Assembly: GCA_052327205.1 (NCBI GenBank)
Contig: CM126208.1
Span: 143,158,001 to 143,222,000, forward strand
Direction of reading: 5' to 3'
DNA: 64,000 nt
From: Somniosus microcephalus
Lineage: Eukaryota
The position numbers and the translations under genes were made by a program. The stretch's first letter is position 1; the number at the start of each line of letters is the position of its first letter. This document shows, in pieces, positions 1-11,885 of this stretch. A model generated the notes under the pieces. It was not told the origin of the DNA, searched no databases, and saw only the letters and a program-made list of their open reading frames with translations.

Positions 1-595
1 TGCGTATCCCAGGGGCGCAGTTAGTTCGATGAGTCCCCTGGGATCACATGGGCCATGGGCAGCCAATCAGAGCAGGGGATGTGCTGTCAAGACTTATAAA
101 TACTACGGCCCCAAAATAGCACTAAACCTTTTTAAAAAAACATCACATTTTTAAAAATAAACTATAAATTACATTAAATAACTATTTTAAACAATAATTT
201 AAATTTTTGAAAAAAATAATTTTATATTCTAACGGGGCTAAAAATAAACTTACCTTGCTTTAAAGTATTTAAAAATAATAAACCTGTGGAAAAAATGTTT
301 TAATTTTAATTAATTCACCACTTACCTTGTAAAAAGCAGGCCTTTCACCTGCTTTTTAAATGTGTAAATTCTGCAGGCTTACCCTCCCGGGAAAACCTGT
401 AAAAAAAAACTAAGTTTGATGCGCACGCGCAGCCTCCCCTGCGCATGCGTTTGACCTCTGAACCTCTTCGTTCAGAGGAACGGAAGTGCCGGTTTCCCGC
501 GCATGCACAGTGCATGCAGGAAACCGGCACTTCCATCGGGCCCACGGGTGAGTTCCCAGCGCGTACTCACTCGTGGAGACCCGAATTTCTGGGCC
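1..595. mobile_element. Right part of a non-autonomous Harbinger-type element (left end outside the window)
   Basis: Ends in CGAATTTCTGGGCC, whose reverse complement resembles the GG(G/C)CYAGAAATT termini of other Harbinger elements here; subterminal palindromes at 482-534 and 543-574. Confidence 0.5.
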
Positions 596-1221
596 ATTAA
601 ATAACTGGAATCTGTTCAGAAAACAAGTCACAAGCACGTTCATTATACATTTACACTGTAAGAAAACTTCAGTCATATTCTTTACAAACATTTGGTAGAT
701 CACTTCATTCTGTTGGGGTTAACTTCAAACCTTAATATAAAGCAAGTTTTACAGATGCTTTCTGGAAGTTGTTAAAAGTTTATGAAGTTTACTTCATCAC
801 AATACATTAATATTTGTTCAAAGACTTTTCTTGCCATTACATATTATTGTTTCTTTATATTATGGCACTAGTACAGTTAAATAATTGGGTAAAAGTTCCA
901 TAGGTTATTCCAATCCAGTCAGTACAATATCTTAGATCCACAGTGATATTCCTCATTGTGGTTAGGACAAAGCCCTTACACAGAACACAAATGCATAGTA
1001 ATGTGTTGCACATGTAGAGAAATCTCTTAATCGGTAATACATTCATCATTAGATGGGAATATCCAAGACTTCCATTTCTATCTGCTAAAGATAATTGTAA
1101 AAGGGTTTTTTTTTGGGGTGGGGGGGGGTGGGGGAAGAGTTTATAAAATAGTTTGTTGCAGATAATAAGTATTGTACTTAAAAATAAAATTAGACATGGT
1201 GACATGTCTTGCAGACACCTT

Positions 1222-1564
1222 GGCCCCAATATTTAAGGGACATGGGGAGCGTGCGGGGGAGGCCAAAAGTGACTGAAGAACTCGGCAAGGCCGGGGACAT
1301 GGAGGTGCTGCTGAATTTAATGGCAGGGCCTCATTATAATTTTATTCTTCCCTTTTCCACCCGGCAGCCAGCCAAATTGACAGGCTTGTCAGCTGTTGGG
1401 CGGGAAAACTGCACATCACTCAACCTGCCGCTGTAAAAATGGCAGCAGATGCATTCGAGTCAGTTTGGGGTCGTGTTTTATGTTTTTTTAAAGAGTTCAA
1501 CCCACTCCCCCCCGACCTCCTCCTGCCCTTTATGTGGGGTGGGGGGAGGTTAATATTGAGCCCC
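1222..1564. mobile_element. Degenerate Harbinger-type MITE
   Basis: Imperfect TIRs GGCCCCAATATTTAA ... TTAATATTGAGCCCC; GC-richer than the flanks. Confidence 0.4.
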
Positions 1565-2085
1565 TTCTGTCTAAGTTTACACATGAAGAATGGCCACTTG
1601 GATGAGGTACTGGAAGGCAGCTGGCATATGTGTAACCATACTCCAACGAGGGGCCAAGCTTTCTGGAGAGGAGAAGAAGGGGGTAATTATGGGATGAAGT
1701 TTGCTGGAAAAGTAATGGATTATTAACGATGCACGCAGTTTTAATGCACAAATTGGCCAGCAAATTCAAGGGATTAAGAGATACAGCATGAGTTGTGAAT
1801 CTCCAGAGCTTGCTGATCGATTTACATTGCTACACTGTTTGCTTTGCACAAACGGCATCTCGACCTTAGTCTCCCCGTTATTTTTAAGAACTTGCTGGAT
1901 TTGCACATTAATTGTCCATTAAACTTGCCGCAGAAAGTTAGGGTTGGTGATTAAGAGCATAAGTACCTTTTTAACTGCGTAATAATTGTTAATGCAATGT
2001 CAATCAACCTCTCTGGCCCAGAAAGGGAACAGCTTAAACAATTCAATCTCATTCCTGCATGTCATAAATTCTTCTTAGAGATTAA

Positions 2086-2762
2086 GGGGGAGAAATTCGG
2101 TTGCTTTGCGCCTCGGTGCAAAGCAATTAGTGCCCGGGCGCGGCGCCGCAAATGCCTCCCACAAAGTTCAACGGGAGGTTAGTGGTGGCGGTAACTATTA
2201 GCGCCCCCCGGCGCCGTGTCATCACTGAGCGCAGTGCCCTGCTCGCGATCTTCGGTAGCGCCCCCTGACTTACCGCCGGACGCTATGTCCAACGGGGTCA
2301 GGGGGCCTACCTGCTGCTGGGACAACGCTAATTAAAGGTGAGGTGCCGGGCGGCCATTTTTGTTGCTGGCCACCTGCCAGCTCCTGCCTCCGTTGCCATC
2401 CCTGAACACAGCGCCCCCCCCCCCCCACGGAGTGCTGGCTGCACTCCATGAGCCCGGCACTTCTCTTGAGTGTCGGGCTCTTTTGCCGGCACTCCGATCC
2501 CCAGTGGCCCGGCTGGGCCCCGGGTCGCACTGCGCAAGGCCCCTCCCCTTTAAGGAGAGGAAGGCCTGCAATACCGCAGCGCGGCGTGCCGCGATATTTC
2601 CTTGCAGCACCCCAAGAGGGAGGTGTCTAGTAGCGCCCCGCTTCCCTCTTGGGGCGCTACCGATGAATTTCGACCGCGGTGGTGCCAATTTTTTCGGGGC
2701 TCTAAAAGTAGCGCCTCGGTGAAGTTAATGCCCCAAAGAGGGCACGACTCAATTTTTCCCGC
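2086..2762. mobile_element. Harbinger MITE (GGGGGAGAAATT family), about 680 bp
   Basis: TIRs GGGGGAGAAATT / AATTTTTCCCGC, flanked by TTAA on both sides; inverted homolog of 39764-40426. Confidence 0.8.
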
Positions 2763-3431
2763 TTAAAAATTTCAAATTCTAAATGTTTTTCTTTCTTTTC
2801 CTTTCTGTCTCTTTTTGCTCTTTCTTTATCCAATCTTTCTTTCCCTATCTTAATTTCTCTTTCTGTACCTGATTTGACTCTAATTCATGTTACTTCTCCA
2901 TCGTTCCTCTGTTAGAATCATAGGCCGCGATTTTGCCGGCGCTCAGAGGCTGGGTTTGGAGGTGGGTCCGGGGTTAAAATCAAATTGAAGTGGCCATCCC
3001 GCATCCATGCAACTTTACAGCGTGTCGGGTCTGCGAGCTCCGATCAGACCCGACACCAAGTGGCGGGTGAGCCACAACAGCTTGTTAACTGCCTGGATAA
3101 TCCTATTTTGAGAGGCTCTTCCCATTTTGCAACATTTTCAGCGTGTTGCTTGTCGTGCGACAAACACGGCAGCTGATTGTGCCGGGTTCAGCAACTCGCT
3201 GAATAGTTGACAGCTGCACCTGCAGCATAAAAGCTGACCTGCAACATGAGTTCACTTTCAGATGCCAGAAATTTCTGTTTTGAGGTTTTGGAACACATTT
3301 TGCAGGTCTATTGAGCTTGTAAGTGTTTAATCTGAGATCTATATGCACTGTGACCTCCTTGGAAAACCCTCCCACCACATTGACTGAGCGCTTATAACAT
3401 CTCTTCCTCAACTGAGATATATACCAGCGGA

Positions 3432-4630
3432 ATGGGAACCATTTATACCCTCTCATCCTGGTCCTCAGAATCGTTGGAACAGCAGCTGTGGCAGCAGCAG
3501 AACTGGGCACAACAGCAGCAGCAACAACAGGGGCGTCAACCTCCTCCTCACCCACCTGATGCTGCACAGGGCAGACGGCATCAGCGCAGGGCTGCACCAT
3601 GCCGCAGGAGATACCCCCAACACAGGGTTTACAGGCCGAGGATGAGCTTCCTTAACATAACTGAGCAGCAGTGCCAAAGAAGACTGAGACTTTCGCGAGA
3701 GGTAGTCTCTGACATCTGCGCAATGCTGCACCAACACCTGGAGCCCAGAGGAACGGGTGGACACTCCTTACCAGTGTTTGTCAAAGTCACCACCACACTC
3801 AACTTCTTTGCTTCAGTGTCCTTCCAGTGATCAGCAGTAGACAGCAGAGACATTTCCTAGTCGGCTGCACACAGTTGCATCACGCAGGTTACCGATGCCC
3901 TCTTTGCCAAGTCGCACAATTACATCCACTTCTCCATGGATGAAGCAAGTGTTACCGCGCATGCGGTTGGCTTTGCAAATATGGCAGGCTTCCCAAGGGT
4001 GCAGGGCATCGTAGACTGCACACATGTGGCCATTAGGGCACCCCATCAAAACCCAGATGTATTTGTCAACTGCAAGGGCTCCCACTCCCTTAACGTCCAG
4101 CTGGTGTGTAACCACAGGAACATCATCATGCATGTTTGCGCCAAGTTCCCTGGCAGTTGCCATGACTCATTCATCCTGCGATAGTCTACTGTGCCTCAGC
4201 TCTTCAATCCGCCAACCTAACTTTCCGGATGGCTACTTGGAGACAAGGGCTATCCCCTGAAGACGTGGCTAATGACACCGATGAGGAGGCCATCAAACAA
4301 AACTGAAGCACGCTACAATGAGAACCACATTTCCACCAGAGGCATCATCAAGCAAACCATCAGCTTGCTCAAAATGCCCTATAGTACTCACCAGCCAGGA
4401 TGTCCAGAATCATCTTGGTCTGCTGTGCACTGCACAACATCGCACAGCAGTGTGGCTTACCGCTGCCTGAGGAACAAGTGGCTCAGTGCACAGCCTCCTC
4501 AGAAGAGGAGGAGGAGGAGGTGGCAGATGAGGAAGACCTTGTGGAGGCGGCTGTGCCAGTTCCACCAGCATGTGAGCACATTGCTGGCCATGAGGCAAGG
4601 GATACACTAATCCATGCCAGATTCACGTAA
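3432..4630 (+). pseudogene. Harbinger DDE transposase, disrupted
   Basis: Motifs [50 protein letters not shown] and an acidic tail; several in-frame stops (e.g. 3828, 4182) and a deletion near 4375. Confidence 0.9.
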
Positions 4631-4916
4631 ATTTACGCAGCAAACACATGTGGCTGGCACATGGAAATGAGTGTTTGCACAACCTTCTTAACACACCATA
4701 CAGCATGTGTATAATAAGCTGTGCATTCCTATCACTCTCCCCACCATCACTACAGATGAAAGACGCCCTGAGCCCTCACTGCGCAACTTCCATTTCTGAG
4801 CACACATAGGCCAACTCTTTGAATCTTTGACATCGCATTTCTTTAATACAATTGAAATAACAATGACAAACGTGACTTTGTATTATATCAAAACACCCAA
4901 ATGACTACCCTTGTGA

Positions 4917-6116
4917 CTATTTGTGTGTTAACTTTCTCTTATGCGTGCTTCTACGTGGTGCTTCCCCTGTGGCTTCAGCAGATGTGGAGGAACCTTGCTC
5001 ACTTTTCTGCTGCACCTGCTTAAATGCTAGGAACGTCCTGCGACCTCCGACGAGGACTCTCCATTGCTGTCCCTGTCTCCACCATCTGCTGATACTCACT
5101 TGTGAGCTGTGATACACCAGGTGACAAAACTACTCTATCTCGTGAAGGACCTGCCGAGGTGTGTGTTTCTGCGCTGGTGCTGGGTATGCTCAATTCTGCA
5201 GACACTGCTCCCTCAGGGGCTGCAGCTTCCTCTGAGGAAAGTGGGGAGGGGGGCTCGCGATGGTCCTGTGGGGTAGTAAAGGCATGAGTTAGACATGCAA
5301 TATTTACGCAGCAGACTCATCCCATTGTGCAGATGATCAGAACTCAATCTGTATGAATATCAGATGCCATATCAGTCACTCATCAAATGTAAATGAGAGG
5401 GTTGCAAATCTATTCTGTCACCAACTTACTCTACTGCGCCCATCTCTCCATCACCCACTTCCAGCTCCTCTGCACCTCCGACGATCTCGATAGCAGCCTC
5501 CTCAGCAGTGGTTAAATGCGCCTCCTGTCCTCCCCCTCTCCCTCTTATTGTGGGGTCTCTTTTCCTGCAATGAGGGACACAAGTGGAGTTTGAGCGAGAA
5601 TGTTGGAGTGAGTGTAGAGAATCCGTAACATAGATGCTTAGAGGGAGACAAAGATGGAGTGAGGTGCCAATACCAAGGCTCCTGTTAGATATTGTCATTG
5701 CATAACAGTGATAGCGAGTGTGAGGGGTGCATAGTAGAATGGCGGAGTGATTCTGTACATAGGAGAGAGGGATGGTTAAGGGTGCAAGGGATGTAAGGGT
5801 AAGTTGGGATGTGCAGAGTGCTGGTGATGAGAAGAGATGGGGAGCAGATTGAAGGTAAGTGTGATGTTATACTCACTTTTGCTGAGTGTAGCAGGTCATT
5901 GAACCTTTTCCTGCACTGAACCCAGGTGCGTGAACACAAAGACCTGGAACTAACCTCCTCAGCAATTTGCAGCCAGGCTGCCTTGGTTTGCTGAGGAGAC
6001 TTCCTACGTCCATTGGAGGGTAACAGAACCTCCCTGCGTCCTCTTACTCCCTCCACAAGAGCATGGAGGGAGTCATCATTAAATTGGGGAGAAGCCTTGG
6101 TTCTTGCAGCAGTCAT
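4917..6116 (-). pseudogene. Harbinger Myb/SANT (MADF/trihelix-like) DNA-binding gene, three exons (about 6116-5877, 5564-5430, 5265-4917)
   Basis: SPQFNDDSL...AWLQIAEEV...RTWVQCRKRFNDL; GT donors at 5876 and 5429, CAG acceptors at 5565 and 5266; basic C-terminal tail. Confidence 0.8.
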
Positions 6117-6376
6117 CTCGCAAACAGTACCACTGAGGAGCATCAGAAAGTGAATAAAACCCAAAGGCTGCATGGGCCCCTTAAATGCAGCTGAATGGAA
6201 GACACCAGCAGAGGCGAGCAGCAGACCTGAATCCACTGATTGGGCCGGGTAACGCGCTTAATAAGCCCAGTTAACTCAAAATCCTTATCGCAGTGCGGCT
6301 GAAACCGGCAGCGGGACCGGAACCCGCCAAGCAGCGAACCCGACGGGAACCCACTTCCGCTGGCAAAATCCAGCCC

Positions 6377-6525
6377 TTAGAATAGTACAGCACAGAAGGA
6401 GGCCATTCAGCCCATCGAGTCTGTGCCAGCTCTTTTGAAGATCAATCCAGTTAGTCCTACCCCCCTGCTCTTTCCCCACAGCCCTGCAATTTTTTCTCCT
6501 TCAAGTATTTATCCAGTTCCCTTTT
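6377..6525 (-). mobile_element. CR1 LINE 3' end fragment; its tail continues at 2912-2922
   Basis: TAGAATCATAGAATAGTACAGCACAGAAGGAGGCCATTCAGCCCATCGAG matches the other CR1 3' ends (20899, 58504). Confidence 0.75.
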
Positions 6526-7273
6526 CGCTGTGTTTTTTCTCAACCCTTAAATCTCATTGGTTAAGGAAATCCACTGTTGGTCCAGCCGTTCACTAAGGTC
6601 CCAGATGCCTCGTTGCCCTTCCCATACCTTTATCAGCTCGCACTTCCAGCAAGTTATGGTGCAAAGCTTTTTTGAGCTGAAGGGTGCAGGAAGAAATCTT
6701 AACTAATGGCACCATGTGAGATGCCCTTCTCCAGCAAAATTTGGTTCCATGTTTTTTTTTGGGGGTGCGGGGTGGGAGAGGGATCTAACATACTGTTCAA
6801 TTAAAGCGACGGCAGCACTTACGCACTGAATTAGACGCCCTCAACTCATTTGTGGCTCACTCACGAGCCACAGTATAAAGTATAACTTGTGTATCTGGAG
6901 AGAGCAACAAGCTGATGGGTTAGCAATTTTAGTGAATGATTTAGGGATTCGATTAGAAAACGCCTAAAAGATTTTCAAAGACAGAGGAGGTAATACACAC
7001 AGCACTACTTTCAGCTTTACACAGAGCCATCAACAATAGGAAATGAATAAGCACTAAATGCACTCAGTAATGCTCAAAGGCTGTTTCTGATAAACAGGTA
7101 GTTGGGATTCAGTTCAGGTACTGCTATCTAATGGTTACTGCTGGGTATTATTTTTTGCTAAGAAACAAGTGATGCAAGTGCTTTGCTAATCTCTATGATA
7201 CATAAGCTCCTGGCTTATGCAATCCTTCATTTTTTTCTAGAAGTATTTAAATGGTGCAGATTATGACTTTTAC

Positions 7274-9046
7274 AGGCTGGATTTTACGAACCTCACGGGT
7301 CCATAGCGAGTGATGTTGGTGGCGGGTTGCGACCCCGCTGCTGTCTCCACCCCGGCCTCTGAAATGCATTTCCCTTGATTGGGCTTATTAAGCCCACCCA
7401 GCACGTTCCCCAGCCAATTAGAGGAAGTGGGTCTGATGACATCATTTGATGACACGTCATCAGTCGGTATCCTTAAAGGGACCATGGCCAACTTTATTTT
7501 GACATTTGTGCTGTCAGTGTTCTACAGCATGGAGGTGCTGCAGACACTGACAAGCAATGCACAAAGGTGCAGGGCTGCACCCAGGCTCTCCCATGAATCC
7601 CTCCATATGCTTATGGAGGGAGTCACAGCACACAGGGAGGCCCCCTTCCCTTCCTATGGGCGGAAGAGACCTCCCTAGGAGATCAACACAGCCTTGTTGC
7701 ACATTGCACTGGAGGGGACAAGCAGGGATGTGGTCAGGAGGACCTGGGTGCAGTGCCGCAAACGTTTCAATGATCTCAGTGGATCACGAAATGTTAGTAC
7801 AAAGCCACACTCAACCTCATCCTGCTGTGCCTCTCATCACATCCCCATCACTCTGCCTTCCCTACCCTACTCCTGCACATCCTTACTCACACCAACTTAT
7901 CTTGCACCTCCACCCATCCCTCTCTATCTACATTAACACATCCCCATCTCACTAGCCACCCCTCACACTCACCCTCATCCTAGTGCAATCATACCAACTA
8001 ACAACACACAAGGGTAGGCAGCTGGGTGTTTTATGCAATGTTCATGTAAAGTTTCTGTTAATGTGGTGTCAAACATTGCAACCTTTATTTTCAACAGTTT
8101 GCGTTCTTGGACAGATTTGTGTGTACCTTTGGAAGTGGCTGAGTGAGTTGCAGTGAATGGTGAGACATAACAGTAGCCCCCGCAATGCTGATGAGTGTGA
8201 AAGGAATGGCTTGGTAGGGATGCTTTATTTGTTGGTGTGTGGTGGCGCCAACCTGGTGCATCATGTGGCAGCCAGGGTGTACAGCGTCAAGTGAAGTAAA
8301 TCTGGCCATGGTGAGGCCATACCTGGTGTCCCGGGCAGCAATGCGGTTGAGTGCTGATGCCGTGTCCTGTGCAGCATCAGTTGATTGCGTAGAAGGTTGG
8401 TGGTGTTGTTGGTGCTGCTGGTGTGCCTGGTGTGCTTAGTGATGCTGGTGTTGGGGCTGATCGTGGTGGGATTCTGAGGACCAAGGTGAGAGAGTTTCAA
8501 GGGCACCCATGCTGATGGAATAGATGGCGAAGGTGAAGTAGAGATGACAGAAGCGATCTGTCAATGGTGGGCAAGGTATTGAGGTCAGACTGAATGGAGA
8601 CTTGTGTAAAGATTTGCAGCATTCTGAATCTGTAGTGTAAATGCAGTTTATGAAGCTAGTGGCTCAGGAAACATTTCTCAATCAGCTGTGAGCTTTGACT
8701 TGACATTTGAAGCTGGCAACTCATCAGCTGATTCAATGGCGACTGACCTCCTGCCTCAGCTTCACAGACAAGGTCTAGGCACAGCGGGAAACCAGTGGGC
8801 GACCTGTCAAATCCAAAAAGCTGGGAAAAAAACATTGATAAGCGGCTGTAAACAAACCACTAATGATTTCAATTGCCACCCCTGCTGCTGCATGTCGGTT
8901 CTGCTCAGTGCTGACAGACCCGACATTTGGTAAAGGTGCATGGCGGCGGGTTCACGGCGGGGTCCCAACCCGCTGGGGAAAACCCCCCACTTTCCCACCC
9001 GACCCACCACCGATCACGCCCTTTGACCCCCCGCAAAATCCAACCC
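7274..9046. mobile_element. Internally deleted Harbinger element with Myb exon 1 (+, about 7557-7795) and a transposase 5' remnant (-, about 8230-8510)
   Basis: TIRs AGGCTGGATTTT / AAAATCCAACCC; RAAPRLSHESL...RTWVQCRKRFNDL. Confidence 0.75.
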
Positions 9047-9993
9047 TTAGTAACAAGCTGACACCGCAAGGTGAGAGCTGTAGCACTATGCTTTAAACTA
9101 GTCCCAAAAGGAAATTCAAATGGCATTTTGGTGGTCAGGAAATGAAGGGGCTCAAAACACAATTAGCGTTTGATCAAACTGCTTGTAGAGATTAAGTTGA
9201 TCTGCAGTCATGGTGCTTGGAAAAATAACAGGGTGCTTGGAATTAAAGACGGGGGGGGAGAAATTCAGTATCGCCCCGTTTGGGGCGTAAGTGTCGGGCG
9301 GGTGCGAAATTTTGTGCCCGACACAAATTATCGCCACCTATTGGTAAATTGGCCTGCTTCGCCCCAGGAGGTGCTTGGAGCGCTAAAACAGGCGCTGCAC
9401 GACTGTCTTAAGGCGCTAAGCCGGAGGAGCGAGGCGCTACCTCCGAGGGCGGGCGCAGCGCAGGTGCGGCCAGTTAGCGATTGGACACAGACACGCTGAC
9501 GCCGGTCAGCTCTTAAAGGGGAGGATCGATCTGGACTTGCAGCCACACCCTGCGCTTCGGAGCGCTGCATCTCAGCCTGGACAGACCTGTTGCCACATCC
9601 TTAAGCCAAGGACCATGGAAAGGGCCAGGGAGCGAGCGCAGCAGTTCAGCGAGGGGGCCTTGGAGGTTCTGGTTGGCGTGGTGGAGCGCAGGTGATCTCT
9701 CCTGTACCCGGACAGTGGCAGGAGGCCGCTGCCCAGCGAATATCGAAAAGCTTGGAGGGAGGTGGCTCACAGAGTGACCTCCAGCAGCATGGTGCCTAGG
9801 ACCCCTGTGCAATGCAGGAAGAAGTTCAACGACCTCACTCGGGTCGTCAGGGTGAGTGCCCTTTTTAGAATCCTCTTCATCCCTGCATGTCGACATCACT
9901 TTATGGCCAAAGGGTCCTGAAAGCCCCAATGCCCAGCCCTTATCCAGCACCTATGGCCCTTTCAGGAAACTCACACGCACTTTCAGCACTTTA

Positions 9994-10218
9994 CACACTG
10001 TAAGGGCTATTCCACCATGGGAGGCATTGCAGCCAAGATCAGGGCTGCACACTGTAAGGGCTATTCCATCATGGGAGGCATTGCAGCCAAGGTCAGGGCT
10101 GCACACTGTAAGGGCTATTCCACCATGGGAGGCATTGCAGCCAAGATCAGGGCTGCACACTGTAAGGGCTATTCCACCATGGGAGGCATTGCAGCCAAGA
10201 TCAGGGCTGCACACTGTA
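9994..10218. repeat. 54-bp tandem repeat x4 in Myb intron 1
   Basis: Unit CACACTGTAAGGGCTATTCCACCATGGGAGGCATTGCAGCCAAGATCAGGGCTG; copies nearly identical. Confidence 0.95.
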
Positions 10219-10955
10219 CTCAGAGCCCGTCCTTTCTCTTGCAGGGCAAGCTGGTGCATAACAGGAGGCAGCAGCAACGGATCGGGGGAGGCCGGCCTCA
10301 CCTTCAAGCCCTGACCGATCTGGAGCAGCGAGTCCGACGGATTATGGCAGGCCGGATGATTGGCCCCGTCGCCACTGGAGATGCCAACCCCATTATGGAC
10401 AGCAATGGTAAGGTCATCACCTTTTTGACCTCTCTCCTTCCACTTGTTCCTCACACCAGCATCCTTTGCCACCTTTGAGCCAAATCAGTACATTGCTGCA
10501 CTCATGCCTCCCTTGCTGCCACCCTGTCCTCACGCTAAAGCCACTCTTGTACCTCCCTGCTTTCAGATGTTGATTCACCAGGTGAGGAGGCAGGCCCTCA
10601 AGCTGCCACGGTGAGTGATTCTGAAGGCGACGCGAGGAGGAAGCCGGACCATCAGTGCTACCCTCAACCGAGGCAGCCCATGGCCATAATGGGGACTCGT
10701 CTTCCCTGGAGGGGAGCCGGGGGGAATGGTCTGATGAGTGTAAAGCTCCAGGACCCAGCGGGCTGCAGCAATGCGAGGGGAGTAGGGAAGCTCGGCGGCA
10801 AGCTTCTCCCCGGAGGGAGAGTCTGGCCTCGAGTCCTGCTACAGTGAGCGCAGAAGAGGTGCGGCTCCTCACTGAAATGAGCGCCCAGGCGGAGCACAGG
10901 CACACTGAGCTCATGGCTGCAGTGTAAAGGATGCTCGAATCCATTGAGTCACTTG

Positions 10956-11052
10956 AAGGAGTGTCCAGGACTTCGGCGCAGCACAGGCAAGGAGTCTCCA
11001 GGACTTCGGCACAGCACAGGCAAGGAGCCTCCAGGACTTCGGCGCAGCACAG
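10956..11052. repeat. 33-bp tandem repeat x3 in Myb exon 3
   Basis: Unit AAGGAGTSTCCAGGACTTCGGCRCAGCACAGGC; single copy at the equivalent site of Harbinger C. Confidence 0.9.
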
Positions 11053-11885
11053 ACGGCTGCCACGCAATTGCTTAGTGCTGCAATGCAGTCAGTGGCTGGT
11101 CTCTTGCAGACGCAGATTAAGGCCACACGAGCACTTACTGCTGCCATCCTCGCTGGATCGGGCAGGATTCGCCGGCGCCCTCATCGCGCCGCAGCAGGCC
11201 AGCAGTCTGTGCTTCAGCAGATTGCTCTGCATGCTGCAGTGCTGCCCCGTGGGAGTGCCAGTGTGTCGGCCGAACAGGGAGTTGCTGTCCTCTCTCACGA
11301 TGACAGCATTCCTGCTGCCAGCACTGTCACTTCTCCACTGCAGCTGCCACCACCTGTAGGATAGACTGGTGCCGCCCATGCAGAGTTGGAGCAGTCAGCA
11401 GCCGGGCCCTCCAGGCCCAGAGCTGGTCCAGGCCGTCCCTCAAGGGCATCTGCAGTCTCAGTTTCTGACACTCAGCAGCCTCCCCCCAGCCTTGCTGCAG
11501 CCACTGGGGTCCCATTGCGGAGGAGCTGCAGGGTGGGAAGGGGACAATCTCGCAAGTGAAGCAGATCACCCTCGAAGGGCAAAAAGTAGGAGGTGTGGCA
11601 AAATGTTGTTAATTGTTTAATTGAAGGCCGAGGATCGTGGTCATATTTTTGTTACTGTTTTGGTCATTGTCTCCAGGTTGTGAGAGCCAGTTATGTGACT
11701 GACTGTTTTTTGGGGGGTTTCTATCTGTTGCTTTGTCATGCGGGAAGGGCACATAGTTTGTTAAATAAAGAAGTGTCTTTATTCAGAATGTGCATGTTTG
11801 CTCTTTGAACTATTTGTTGCCTTGACCGGCTTAGGGGTTGCGGAACGGTTTCATTCATGTTCTTTGAATGGCAGAAGCCATTCCC

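Larger units (their letters stand above)
2923..6376 (+). mobile_element. Harbinger A: full-length decayed PIF/Harbinger DNA transposon
   Basis: TIRs GGCCGCGATTTTGCCGGCG / CGCTGGCAAAATCCAGCCC; ATA/TTA flanks; convergent transposase and Myb genes. Confidence 0.88.
1691..6748. mobile_element. Old non-autonomous Harbinger-type element, split by a MITE, a CR1 fragment and Harbinger A
   Basis: Imperfect TIR pair GGGATGAAGTTTGCTGGA (1691) and TCCAGCAAAATTTGGTTCC (6730-6748); sequence reads continuously once the nested inserts are removed. Confidence 0.45.
9615..11620 (+). pseudogene. Harbinger B Myb/SANT gene, three exons (9615-9851, 10245-10407, 10567-about 11620), with a long Ala/Gln-rich putative coiled-coil C-terminus
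   Basis: MERARERAQQFSEGALEVL...WREVA...QCRKKFNDL, GTGAGT donor, exon 2 KLVHNRRQQQRIGGG; stop at 9693 and later frameshifts; AATAAA at 11764. Confidence 0.8.

Noticed and set aside
9994-10218. CRISPR-like array or repeat-protein ORFs
   Set aside because: Head-to-tail repeat with no unique spacers, located in an intron; the ORFs arise because 54 is a multiple of 3.
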